The notes below the pieces were generated by a model. It saw only the letters and a program-made list of their open reading frames with translations. It was not told the DNA's origin and did no database searches. Below, one piece after another: positions 20,386 through 28,648 of a DNA stretch of 64,000 nt; positions within the stretch are counted from its first letter, which is position 1, and each line of letters opens with the position of its first letter. Position numbers and translations under genes: made by a program. The stretch is from Candidatus Falkowbacteria bacterium (GTDB lineage: Bacteria > Patescibacteriota > Patescibacteriia > Patescibacteriales > UBA12465). The stretch covers positions 13,601 through 77,600 of the forward strand of contig JAPLVZ010000004.1 in assembly GCA_026396805.1 (NCBI GenBank). The letters are read 5' to 3'.

Positions 20386-21060
20386 ATGTTCAGTTTACCA
20401 GCAAATTTTATAGGTATTTACAAAATAGGTGATAATATTAACTATAATCTCAGAATACTTAACTTTTTATACGAACTAAATAATTCACCGATAGATAACT
20501 ACAAAAAAGAATTACTCCACAAACCAATAATAATTATTATGGCCTCTATTGGGGAGGCTATCCTGTATGATTTTCATTTTAGAATAAAAATTTTTACAAT
20601 AGAGGGCGTTAATAATTTAGCCAAAGAAGTTATAAGTTATATTCGCAATAAAGAAATAGATGAATTTGAAAAATTGATAACTAGTGTCAAAAAACATAAT
20701 TTATTTGGGATTGCGGATAACATATTTTATGAAAAACTAGATTTTCTTAGGCAAATTAGGAATAGAATACATATACAAAATAAGAAAAGATTATTGCCAG
20801 CAGATGAGCATGAAATCTTCACACAAGATAATGTTGAATTGGCTGAGCTAATTTTAGAGAAAATAATAAAAACGATGATTGTAAAATTTCCCAGAAATAT
20901 AGAAAGCTCAAAATATGTAAGTGATTTTATTCTACCTTGGAATGAGTATTTACGACCAATAACAACAGCGGTAAAATATACTCAATGCCCCTATTGCTTA
21001 TTTGATAATATCGATGACGGATCAGGAATGACACAATGTTGGTGCGGAAAAATATATTAA
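20386..21060 (+). CDS. hypothetical protein with C-terminal zinc-ribbon (CPYC...CWCG)
   Basis: 224-aa ORF 3 nt after the previous gene, probably forming an operon with it. Four Cys in the last 25 aa. Confidence 0.4.
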   Translation: MFSLPANFIGIYKIGDNINYNLRILNFLYELNNSPIDNYKKELLHKPIIIIMASIGEAILYDFHFRIKIFTIEGVNNLAKEVISYIRNKEIDEFEKLITSVKKHNLFGIADNIFYEKLDFLRQIRNRIHIQNKKRLLPADEHEIFTQDNVELAELILEKIIKTMIVKFPRNIESSKYVSDFILPWNEYLRPITTAVKYTQCPYCLFDNIDDGSGMTQCWCGKIY

Positions 21061-21170
21061 AAACTTTTCAAAAACCCCGCCCACCGCTTAATTTCCTCAA
21101 TAATTTCGCTTAATCGTTGTGATATTTCCTCTCGGAGGACTACTATAGCTATTACTGCGATACTCCGTTC

Positions 21171-22931
21171 CTATTCTTTATCATTTTTTTCATTAAAAAC
21201 CGCCCTCTGTTTCCCTTTTCCGCTCGTATAAAAATTTACGTCGAACCGTAATTGATCTTTTTTGTAGTCATGAACTTCTAATTTATTAATTCCACTCGTC
21301 TTCCTGTCGGAAGCGATAACCGTCATTCCTGATGTTTTAGCGATCTCTTCCGCGATACCCTTATCTGATCCCGTCAGGCACGAGCTCAGCACCAGGGTTG
21401 CCCCTTCCTCAAAATATTGAAAAAATCTTTTTATTCCCGGCCTCCCAATATTACTGGTTGTTAATTCAGGTCTGAAACCGCCCCAATTCCCTATGGCTAT
21501 TGAATCGGTATTGCCATGCGCATTAACAAACATAAAAGAAACCTTTTTTTCTAACTTTCTCGTCAAATTAATAATCTTTTTTGTGGCGTCGATTGTATTA
21601 GCCGTTTCAATAATTTTCAACATGTAACCACGAGGCTCTGTCTCATTGGCAAGTTTTTCGATTTTAATCTTTTTATTCAAATCATACATAAAGCCATTAT
21701 GATCGCTGCGACCAGTAGCATAAATACCGAAAGGGCTATTCGTTTTATCCCGATTATCATATTGTTTAATCAAAACTTCGGTCGGATATCTCGAAAAGCA
21801 AACAATCCCAAAATTATCAGTTAAATACTTGGCCGACCCAGGTCTTTTGCTTTCTAATTCATGTAGGGACCCAAAATTATTAATCATCATATCTCTGATT
21901 CCTTCTTTTGGGGCGCTATTATTCCAGGCCGGCCCTATTTCCTTATACTGATAACCGGCCGTGGCAAAAACTTTTGCGCCAATTTTAAGTTCACCAGCTC
22001 GATCATGTGAAAATTCCGAAGCCGTTTCTCCGTCTTTCCTGTTAATTTCGGCTGCATAATCGGCAATAAAAATGTCAAGCACTCCGCGATGATTATGATC
22101 TTGGATTTTAAACAGTTCACCCGTCTGGTCAGCTAATTCTTTAGCCTTGGCAATCGGCAAATATTTAAGGGCTGATTCAAAGCCCGGAACATACTCATGA
22201 ATAATTTCGTTTAACTTCGGTTCTGTCTTCAGGCCTTCTTTAATTTTTTCATTTATAACCGGGGCCTGCTTTTCCAGAAATTTTAAGATTGTTAAATAAT
22301 TTTTCGCGCCGGGTAACTTTAAAAATTCATTCTCAAAATCGGCGGGGATTTCTCCTTGATTTCGGAGATAATTAAATTTTTTTAATAATTCTTCCGGATT
22401 TTCTAAATCACCTTCCATAATTGCTTCAAAAATCTTCCCCTGATTCAATTGAATTATTTTCTCTAAAATTCTGAATGTCTGCTTAGTATTGCGGGGAGTT
22501 GTATTTTCAATATAACTTTCAAGAACCGGCAAATTTTCAATTACAATATTTTCCGCGAATGAACGTATCCGCTCCGATGGGGACGTATTTTCCTCCCATT
22601 TCGCATCATCACGAGTGTCCTCTTTACTAAGAGCGTATGCTAAAAAATTTATAGCGCCCTCCGCCAGCTCTTCGTCGTTCAATTGTCGGTTAATCGATTC
22701 TTTTGTTTTTTCGATCTCATCAACTTTCTCATTTAATTCATTCTTTCTCTGCTCTTTTGTTTTAAAAGTAAAAACTTCGCCGACAAAATTTTTAGGCTGA
22801 CGAGATTGCAGAATATCAATATCCGCCACTTTGCTTATAAGCTGAGCCGCCAGCTCGATCGGATTACTTTCGCGCTTTTCAGCCGCCGAGGGAACAATGT
22901 TTGTTTCTTTAAAATTTTTATCGAAATTCAT
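21171..22931 (-). CDS. large hypothetical protein with a C-terminal region carrying a caspase/CHAT-like His-Cys dyad
   Basis: FMFVNAHGN (His) followed ~49 aa later by LVLSSCLTGSD (Cys), in a beta-alpha alternation that resembles the peptidase C14/CHAT core. The N-terminal 400 aa are helical. Confidence 0.4.
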   Translation of the reverse strand: MNFDKNFKETNIVPSAAEKRESNPIELAAQLISKVADIDILQSRQPKNFVGEVFTFKTKEQRKNELNEKVDEIEKTKESINRQLNDEELAEGAINFLAYALSKEDTRDDAKWEENTSPSERIRSFAENIVIENLPVLESYIENTTPRNTKQTFRILEKIIQLNQGKIFEAIMEGDLENPEELLKKFNYLRNQGEIPADFENEFLKLPGAKNYLTILKFLEKQAPVINEKIKEGLKTEPKLNEIIHEYVPGFESALKYLPIAKAKELADQTGELFKIQDHNHRGVLDIFIADYAAEINRKDGETASEFSHDRAGELKIGAKVFATAGYQYKEIGPAWNNSAPKEGIRDMMINNFGSLHELESKRPGSAKYLTDNFGIVCFSRYPTEVLIKQYDNRDKTNSPFGIYATGRSDHNGFMYDLNKKIKIEKLANETEPRGYMLKIIETANTIDATKKIINLTRKLEKKVSFMFVNAHGNTDSIAIGNWGGFRPELTTSNIGRPGIKRFFQYFEEGATLVLSSCLTGSDKGIAEEIAKTSGMTVIASDRKTSGINKLEVHDYKKDQLRFDVNFYTSGKGKQRAVFNEKNDKE

Positions 22932-23150
22932 ATAATTTAATATTATTATAGATAGAATAATATTAACAAAAAATTAGATATTTTTCAAGGTAAAATATTG
23001 TTTATTTATAGTTATAAATTCCACTTTTCAATTTCCCCAATAATCCCGTCAAAATTTTGGCAGATTTCAGATTTAAGGACTGTAGAGGTGAAAAATGCTT
23101 AGCGTAGGCTAAGTGCTTTTTTTATAATCTAAGTATGTTATAATAGCCGC

Positions 23151-23837
23151 ATGAATATCCCAAAACACATCGGAATCATCCTGGATGGAAATCGGCGCTT
23201 CGCTAGATCAAAAAATCTACCAATCTTTGAAGGGCATAAGTTAGGTTTTGAAAATTTGAAAAAAATCGCCCAGCATGCTTTCAATAAAGGGGTTAAAATC
23301 TTGACTGTCTATGCCTTCTCAACGGAAAATTGGCATAGAGACAAAAAAGAAGTCAGTTACCTGCTGGATTTATTCAAGCTGTTAGTAAATGAAGAAATCA
23401 GCCTTTTAATAAAAAATGGGGTAAAGGTAAATTTTTTTGGCCGAATAAGCGATTTCGATCCAGGTTTACAAAAATCTATAAAAAATGCCCTGGAAAAAAG
23501 CCGGAACGGCGGCAAAGGTATTCTTAATATCTGCTTAAGCTATAACGGCCGAGATGAAATAATCAGGGCCGTTAAAAAAATAATTGAGTCAGGGATTACG
23601 GCGGGCGAAGTGACTGAAGATCTGGTAAATAAAAATCTAGATTCTGCCGGTCTGCCTGATCCGGATATGATAATCCGCACTTCCGGCGAACAACGCTTAT
23701 CTGGTTTTCTGACCTGGCAATCTATTTATAGTGAATTTTATTTCCCTAAAAAATATTGGCCGGAATTTACCACGGCTGACTTCGACTTAGCTTTAGAAGA
23801 ATATAATAAACGGCAACGGCGATACGGCGTTGATTAA
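23151..23837 (+). CDS. uppS: undecaprenyl-diphosphate synthase (isoprenyl transferase)
   Basis: GIILDGNRRFA, ENLKKIAQHAF..VKILTVYAFSTENW, 228 aa. Confidence 0.85.
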   Translation: MNIPKHIGIILDGNRRFARSKNLPIFEGHKLGFENLKKIAQHAFNKGVKILTVYAFSTENWHRDKKEVSYLLDLFKLLVNEEISLLIKNGVKVNFFGRISDFDPGLQKSIKNALEKSRNGGKGILNICLSYNGRDEIIRAVKKIIESGITAGEVTEDLVNKNLDSAGLPDPDMIIRTSGEQRLSGFLTWQSIYSEFYFPKKYWPEFTTADFDLALEEYNKRQRRYGVD

Positions 23838-23972
23838 TTTTTTGATTTATGACCGATAAATTAACCTGAAACGCCTTCATTCTTCATGGGCTCTTGTCAA
23901 ATGAAAAATCTTTTGTTATTATCAAATTTGTAATAAAACTGGCTCATTTATGAAGCCGTTTTATTATAACGA

Positions 23973-24045
23973 GCGCCTATAGCTCAGTTGGTAGAGCAAC
24001 AGCCTTTTAAGCTGATGGTCGCTGGTTCGAATCCAGCTGGGCGCA
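23973..24045 (+). tRNA. tRNA-Lys (anticodon UUU)
   Basis: Acceptor GCGCCTA/TGGGCGC, D-arm AGCTCAGTTGGTAGAGC, anticodon loop CTTTTAA, T-arm GCTGG-TTCGAAT-CCAGC. Confidence 0.85.
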
Positions 24046-24052
24046 CAAGAAG

Positions 24053-24073
24053 ACAGGCTTGAGCCTGTTTTTT
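24053..24073 (+). terminator. rho-independent terminator after tRNA-Lys
   Basis: Stem ACAGGCT / AGCCTGT followed by TTTTT. Confidence 0.6.
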
Positions 24074-24158
24074 AGTACTCTTGACATAAACTAATAAATA
24101 TTATATAATTTAATATTCTTTAAAAATAAAATAATTAATCAAAAAAACCAAAAGAGAA

Positions 24159-25010
24159 ATGATGAAAATAATATTTACAGTATTAGCCGTCTTCTTGATT
24201 TTCCTTCCGGCTAAAGCTCAAATTGAAAACATTAAACTTGCCGGGGACAGCACGGTTACAATCGATTACGCCTACGCTGGAATTTTAGCCGGTTCCTACT
24301 TCAGCCAGGACAGTTTAAACTTCGGTAAATCCGTAAATGTCAGACTTGGCTTTCAGGGAACCTATCGCCCGACTAAATGGTTATCAATCGTAGCCAGAGA
24401 GATGTATCAAACTGACGATCAAAAAAAAGTTTTGTCGTCAAGTCTGTTCTGGGCAAGATTCAAACTGAAATCTGTAACTCTGGAAACAGGTATGTTGCCG
24501 ACCTTGGCGACTGAATCTAGACCATTATCGGTCAGTGCCGACGGTCAATTTGAAGCTTGGACCGAAAACAATATTCCCGGAACGTCCCTAGGCGCCAAAA
24601 TAAAATATAACTTCCAAAAAAGTTATATCGGCGCCGGAGTCTTCCAAAGAAACAAAGAGCCGGAATACCATTTACGATTTTCCAGTCCTCATTTCAAAGC
24701 TTCGCTTTATTACAGCGAATTTGATCATCGGTTCGGCTCCACGGCAACTTTGATTACCAAACGGCTATATAATATAGCCACTTTCAATGCCGGTAAGAAT
24801 TTTGGAAACTACGCCGTCTTTAAACTGGACCGTCGGAGACAAATAGATTATTATCTTGATGCCGGATACGGTTTTGAGGAGAAAAAGATTATCAGAGCGG
24901 AGACCGGATTGTTGAAAAACTTTTCGGGCAGATATCTAAAAGGACTATTCGGCCTCGGCTATTGTTACGAGACCAAAACAATAAATGGAATATTTTTTGT
25001 CCACATTTAG
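24159..25010 (+). CDS. secreted beta-rich protein (possible beta-barrel/porin-like)
   Basis: Signal peptide ...FLPAKAQ. Alternating hydrophobic/polar stretches. The C-terminus is aromatic (IFFVHI). Confidence 0.45.
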   Translation: MMKIIFTVLAVFLIFLPAKAQIENIKLAGDSTVTIDYAYAGILAGSYFSQDSLNFGKSVNVRLGFQGTYRPTKWLSIVAREMYQTDDQKKVLSSSLFWARFKLKSVTLETGMLPTLATESRPLSVSADGQFEAWTENNIPGTSLGAKIKYNFQKSYIGAGVFQRNKEPEYHLRFSSPHFKASLYYSEFDHRFGSTATLITKRLYNIATFNAGKNFGNYAVFKLDRRRQIDYYLDAGYGFEEKKIIRAETGLLKNFSGRYLKGLFGLGYCYETKTINGIFFVHI

Positions 25011-25045
25011 TTCTTTGATGCCGAGGGAGGTAAAAATAAAATCTA

Positions 25046-25075
25046 AAGGGATCTGAAACATCAGACCCCTTTTTC
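25046..25075 (+). terminator. putative terminator
   Basis: Stem GGGATCTGA / TCAGACCCC with one mismatch, followed by TTTTT. Confidence 0.4.
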
Positions 25076-25098
25076 ATTTCCAAAAAATCCCGCCGGCC

Positions 25099-25127
25099 TT
25101 GCTAAACCCGCAAAAATCTTTTATATT
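25099..25127 (+). promoter_or_regulatory. putative promoter TTGCTA-N17-TATATT for tRNA-Thr
   Basis: Hexamers end 15 nt upstream of the tRNA 5' end. Confidence 0.4.
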
Positions 25128-25142
25128 GGTTATATTAGTTGC

Positions 25143-25218
25143 GCCGACTTAGCTCAGCTGGTAGAGCAGCCGCCTTGTAAGCGGCAGGTCGTCGGTCCAA
25201 ACCCGACAGTCGGCTCCA
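25143..25218 (+). tRNA. tRNA-Thr (anticodon UGU)
   Basis: Perfect acceptor GCCGACT/AGTCGGC, anticodon stem GCCGC/GCGGC with loop CTTGTAA, T-arm GTCGG-TCCAAAC-CCGAC, CCA encoded. Confidence 0.85.
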
Positions 25219-25458
25219 AAGGAGTGAAACCGCTGGCGCTTTAACCGCGCGGACGGTTTTAAAAAATCAGCCAAAAACTTGTAAGAAAAACCGGTTTATG
25301 TTAAATTTATTGGTTAATAACTCGTTAATAAAAGGTTGATAAAGAAAGATTGAAAAAATGCTAAGCATGCGCTAAGATAAGGATAAAGAAACCGATAAAT
25401 ACCGATAAATAATCCAGTAATTAATAAACTTAATAATCCGATAACTAACAAACTAAAA

Positions 25459-26847
25459 ATGGCCACCAGCGACGACAACTTAATCGCCAAAGTCCCGCCG
25501 CACAGCCTGGAAGCCGAAGAATCCTTTCTCGGTTCCCTTTTGATTGATAAGGATGCGATCGTTAAGATCGCGGATATGATCATGCCGCAGGATTTTTATA
25601 AGGACGCCCACAGAATAATCTATGACGCGATTAAGGAATTATACGCCAACCAAGAGCCGATCGATATAATCACTCTTTCTAACCGTTTAGAAGACAAAAA
25701 AAAGATGGCGGTCGTCGGCGGCCGCGCCTACCTCGCTCAACTTTCCAATGCGGTCGCGACTTCCGGCAATATCGTCAATTACGCGAGTATCATCCAACGC
25801 AAAGCGACCTTGCGGCGCCTCCAGCAAGCCGCCGCGGAAATATCGTCCTTGAGCTTCAACGAAGAAAGAGAAATAGACGAAATCCTTGATGAAACCGAAA
25901 AAAAAGTTTTTGGCGTCTCCCGCAAGTATTTAAAAAACGCTTTCCTGCCGATTGATAATCTCCTGACCGCCGCTTTTGACCGCATCGATGAACTTCATAA
26001 ATACGGCGGAAAACTCCGCGGCCTGCCCACCGGCTTTGTCGATCTGGATAATCTCTTAGCCGGCCTGCAAAAATCCGATCTGATTATTCTGGCCTCCCGC
26101 CCTTCCGTCGGAAAAACTTCCTTGGCTTTAGATATCGCTCGCCAAGCGGCGATTAAAAGCAAAGAGGGCGTCGGCATCTTCTCCTTGGAAATGAGTAAGG
26201 AACAATTAGTGGACCGCCTGCTTTGCGCCCAGTCCAATATCAGCTTATGGAAAATGCGCACCGGCAATCTTTCCGACGATGATTTTATGCGTCTTAACGA
26301 TGGCATGGGCAAACTGGCCGAAGCGCCGATTTATATCGACGACTCCGGAACTTTATCAATCATGGAAATCCGAGCGAAAGCTCGTCGCTTGCAAATAGAG
26401 AGAGGTTTGGGACTAATCATTATTGATTACTTGCAATTAATGGAGGGCCGGGGAAAATACGGCGATAATCGCGTCCAAGAAATCGCCGAAATCAGCCGCG
26501 GCTTAAAATCCATCGCCCGCGAATTAAATATTCCCATCCTCGCTCTCGCCCAGTTGTCGCGCGCCGTGGAACTGACTCATCCGGCGATTCCAAAACTTTC
26601 CCATTTGCGCGATTCCGGTTCCATTGAACAGGACGCGGATGTCGTCATGTTTATTTATCGTAAATCGGCCGACCGCGGCTATAATATCAACGACTTATCG
26701 CTGGATGAGCGCTATAAGGCGGAAATCCATATCGCGAAACACCGCAACGGCCCGACTGGAAAGATAGAACTGTTCTTTGATGAGAATTCCGTTAATTTCA
26801 AGAGTTTGACTAAGATGCCGACTGACACCAACCCCGTAGAATTTTAG
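25459..26847 (+). CDS. dnaB: replicative DNA helicase DnaB
   Basis: N-terminal PHSLEAEESFLGSLL, Walker A SRPSVGKTSLALDIA, RecA-like C-domain. 462 aa, no intein. Confidence 0.9.
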   Translation: MATSDDNLIAKVPPHSLEAEESFLGSLLIDKDAIVKIADMIMPQDFYKDAHRIIYDAIKELYANQEPIDIITLSNRLEDKKKMAVVGGRAYLAQLSNAVATSGNIVNYASIIQRKATLRRLQQAAAEISSLSFNEEREIDEILDETEKKVFGVSRKYLKNAFLPIDNLLTAAFDRIDELHKYGGKLRGLPTGFVDLDNLLAGLQKSDLIILASRPSVGKTSLALDIARQAAIKSKEGVGIFSLEMSKEQLVDRLLCAQSNISLWKMRTGNLSDDDFMRLNDGMGKLAEAPIYIDDSGTLSIMEIRAKARRLQIERGLGLIIIDYLQLMEGRGKYGDNRVQEIAEISRGLKSIARELNIPILALAQLSRAVELTHPAIPKLSHLRDSGSIEQDADVVMFIYRKSADRGYNINDLSLDERYKAEIHIAKHRNGPTGKIELFFDENSVNFKSLTKMPTDTNPVEF

Positions 26848-26915
26848 AAGACGCGTTATTCATCAGATTATCCATTAGATTATTCATTAAATCATTATTA
26901 AATAAACCAATAAAT

Positions 26916-27191
26916 ATGTTCAGCAAATTAAAACAATTCCGGGATTTGCGCAGCCAGGCGAAAACTATGCAAAGCGCTTTAGCCCAAGAAACGGTGACCG
27001 AAGAAAGAAACGGCGTCAAGATCTTGCTCAACGGCAACATGGAAGTCTTGGAAATAAAACTTAACGGCGAATTAACCAAGAACGTCCAAGAAGACACCGT
27101 CAAAACTTGCTTTAACGACGCCCTGAAGCGCGCCCAAAGATTAATGGCTAAAAAACTTCAGGACATGGGTGGAATCCCAGGAATGAATTAA
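26916..27191 (+). CDS. ybaB: nucleoid-associated protein YbaB/EbfC
   Basis: 91 aa, MFSKLKQFRDL...MQDMGG, typical YbaB, sitting directly upstream of recR. Confidence 0.8.
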   Translation: MFSKLKQFRDLRSQAKTMQSALAQETVTEERNGVKILLNGNMEVLEIKLNGELTKNVQEDTVKTCFNDALKRAQRLMAKKLQDMGGIPGMN

Positions 27192-27791
27192 ATGAAATAT
27201 CCAGCCGCCCTGCAAACTTTAATAAATAGATTAGCCGACCTGCCCAGCGTTGGTCCGAAAACGGCCGAACGCTACGCTTTTTATTTATTGAAACAGGCGC
27301 CGGAAAAATTAAAAAGTTTCGCCGCGGCCATCGCCGAGCTTCAGAATAAGATTACCGTCTGCCGCGAATGCTTAAGCATCTGCGAGAACGATCCCTGCCC
27401 AATCTGCGCCGATGTCTCGCGACGCCAAGATATCCTTTGCCTCGTGGCCAATATCCAAGATCTGACGGCCATTGAAGCGACTAGGCAGTACGACGGCCGC
27501 TATTTCATCCTCGGGGGATTGATAAACACTATCAGCGGCGTCGGACCGAAAGACCTGAATATTGAAAAATTATTGAAAAAGATAAAGGCCGGAGGAATAA
27601 AGGAAATAATTCTCGCCCTGAATTTTACCTTGGAAGGAGAGACCACTTCTTTATACCTGACTAAAATCTTAAAAGACCATCTGAAGATAACCCGCCTGGC
27701 GAAAGGGCTGCCGGCCGGTTCCGATCTGGAATACGCGGATGAATTGACGCTAGCCAATGCTCTGAAATATCGAAGTGAGATAAATAAATAA
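27192..27791 (+). CDS. recR: recombination protein RecR
   Basis: HhH motif LPSVGPKTAERYAF, zinc finger CRECLSICENDPCPIC, Toprim C-domain. Confidence 0.85.
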   Translation: MKYPAALQTLINRLADLPSVGPKTAERYAFYLLKQAPEKLKSFAAAIAELQNKITVCRECLSICENDPCPICADVSRRQDILCLVANIQDLTAIEATRQYDGRYFILGGLINTISGVGPKDLNIEKLLKKIKAGGIKEIILALNFTLEGETTSLYLTKILKDHLKITRLAKGLPAGSDLEYADELTLANALKYRSEINK

Positions 27792-27842
27792 CAATAAACA
27801 AAAATACAAAAAATTAAATAAGCAAACAGAAAGGAAAAAAGA

Positions 27843-28172
27843 ATGGTAACATTATCCTTAGTCACAATCGTCATCCTGGCGACTCTGACGCTGGGAACAA
27901 TGGCCATTATCGGACTTTTTAACAAGAAAATTAACGGCCAATTCAATCTGATTATCAGAACCATCAGGGCTCTAGAAGTAAGCCGGAGAAATCTACGTCG
28001 TTTGCCGTCCCGGATTCGGCTCTTAATTAAAATCTGGCCCCAGAAAAGAGGATTATTATTCCTTAAGATAACCAAGAGATTAAGAATTAAGAGACAAAAA
28101 AGGAAAAAACGTCGACGCGATAGGCGCCGACACAGAAAAGACAAGAGACAAAAAAACCGCTCCAATCAATGA
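27843..28172 (+). CDS. small protein with N-terminal TM helix and extremely Arg/Lys-rich tail (uncertain)
   Basis: AAGGA is 9 nt before the ATG. MVTLSLVTIVILATLTLGTMAIIGLF followed by ...RQKRKKRRRDRRRHRKDKRQ. The stop lies inside the shared terminator hairpin. Confidence 0.3.
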   Translation: MVTLSLVTIVILATLTLGTMAIIGLFNKKINGQFNLIIRTIRALEVSRRNLRRLPSRIRLLIKIWPQKRGLLFLKITKRLRIKRQKRKKRRRDRRRHRKDKRQKNRSNQ

Positions 28173-28189
28173 GAGCGGCTTTTTATTTT
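28157..28189. terminator. bidirectional rho-independent terminator (strongest for rplU on minus strand)
   Basis: Stem CCGCTC / GAGCGG flanked by A7 upstream and T5 downstream. On the minus strand it is followed by TTTTTTT. Confidence 0.6.
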
Positions 28190-28211
28190 CAGAAATTTTG
28201 ACTTCAATAAA

Positions 28212-28520
28212 TTAAGCGATTTTTAAAACTTTCAAAGCGGTAAACTGTTGGCGATGACCGACGGTTTTCTTGTATCTGGTCTTATTCTTATATTTGACGA
28301 CCGTCACTTTCTTGCCCTTAGCGGTTTCCAATACTTCCGCTTCAACCTTGGCGTCGAGAGACGGCTCGCCCACCTCTAATTTATCGCCATCGGCGATTAA
28401 GAGAGTATCTAATTTAACTTTCTGGCCGTTAGCAACTTCCAATTTTTCCACTTTAATAGTGTCTCCTTCTTCGACCTTATACTGTTTGCCGCCGGTTTTG
28501 ATGACTGCAATTTTTGACAT
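28212..28520 (-). CDS. rplU: 50S ribosomal protein L21
   Basis: MSKIAVIKTGGKQYKVEEGD..., 102 aa, canonical bL21. No rpmA follows it. Confidence 0.85.
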   Translation of the reverse strand: MSKIAVIKTGGKQYKVEEGDTIKVEKLEVANGQKVKLDTLLIADGDKLEVGEPSLDAKVEAEVLETAKGKKVTVVKYKNKTRYKKTVGHRQQFTALKVLKIA

Positions 28521-28648
28521 ATTAGCGAATTTTTTTAATAAAAAATCAGATGTATCTCTGAACTAATTTAATAATAGCAAATATTTGAAAAATGTCAACA
28601 AATGGGTTATAGTAAAGAGGCGAATAAAAATAAATACGCTTTACAAAT

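Larger units (their letters stand above)
17896..22990. other. AT-rich putative horizontally acquired defence island adjacent to tRNA-Glu
   Basis: Composition drops abruptly to roughly 30% GC between the tRNA-Glu terminators and the uppS promoter. It holds an R-M pair plus three unknowns and no rRNA or housekeeping genes. Confidence 0.5.

Noticed and set aside
27500-28165. 221-aa minus-strand ORF overlapping recR 3' end
   Set aside because: It overlaps the well-supported recR for 290 nt. Its Arg/Leu-rich translation mirrors the Lys-rich plus-strand sequence, and it has no SD.
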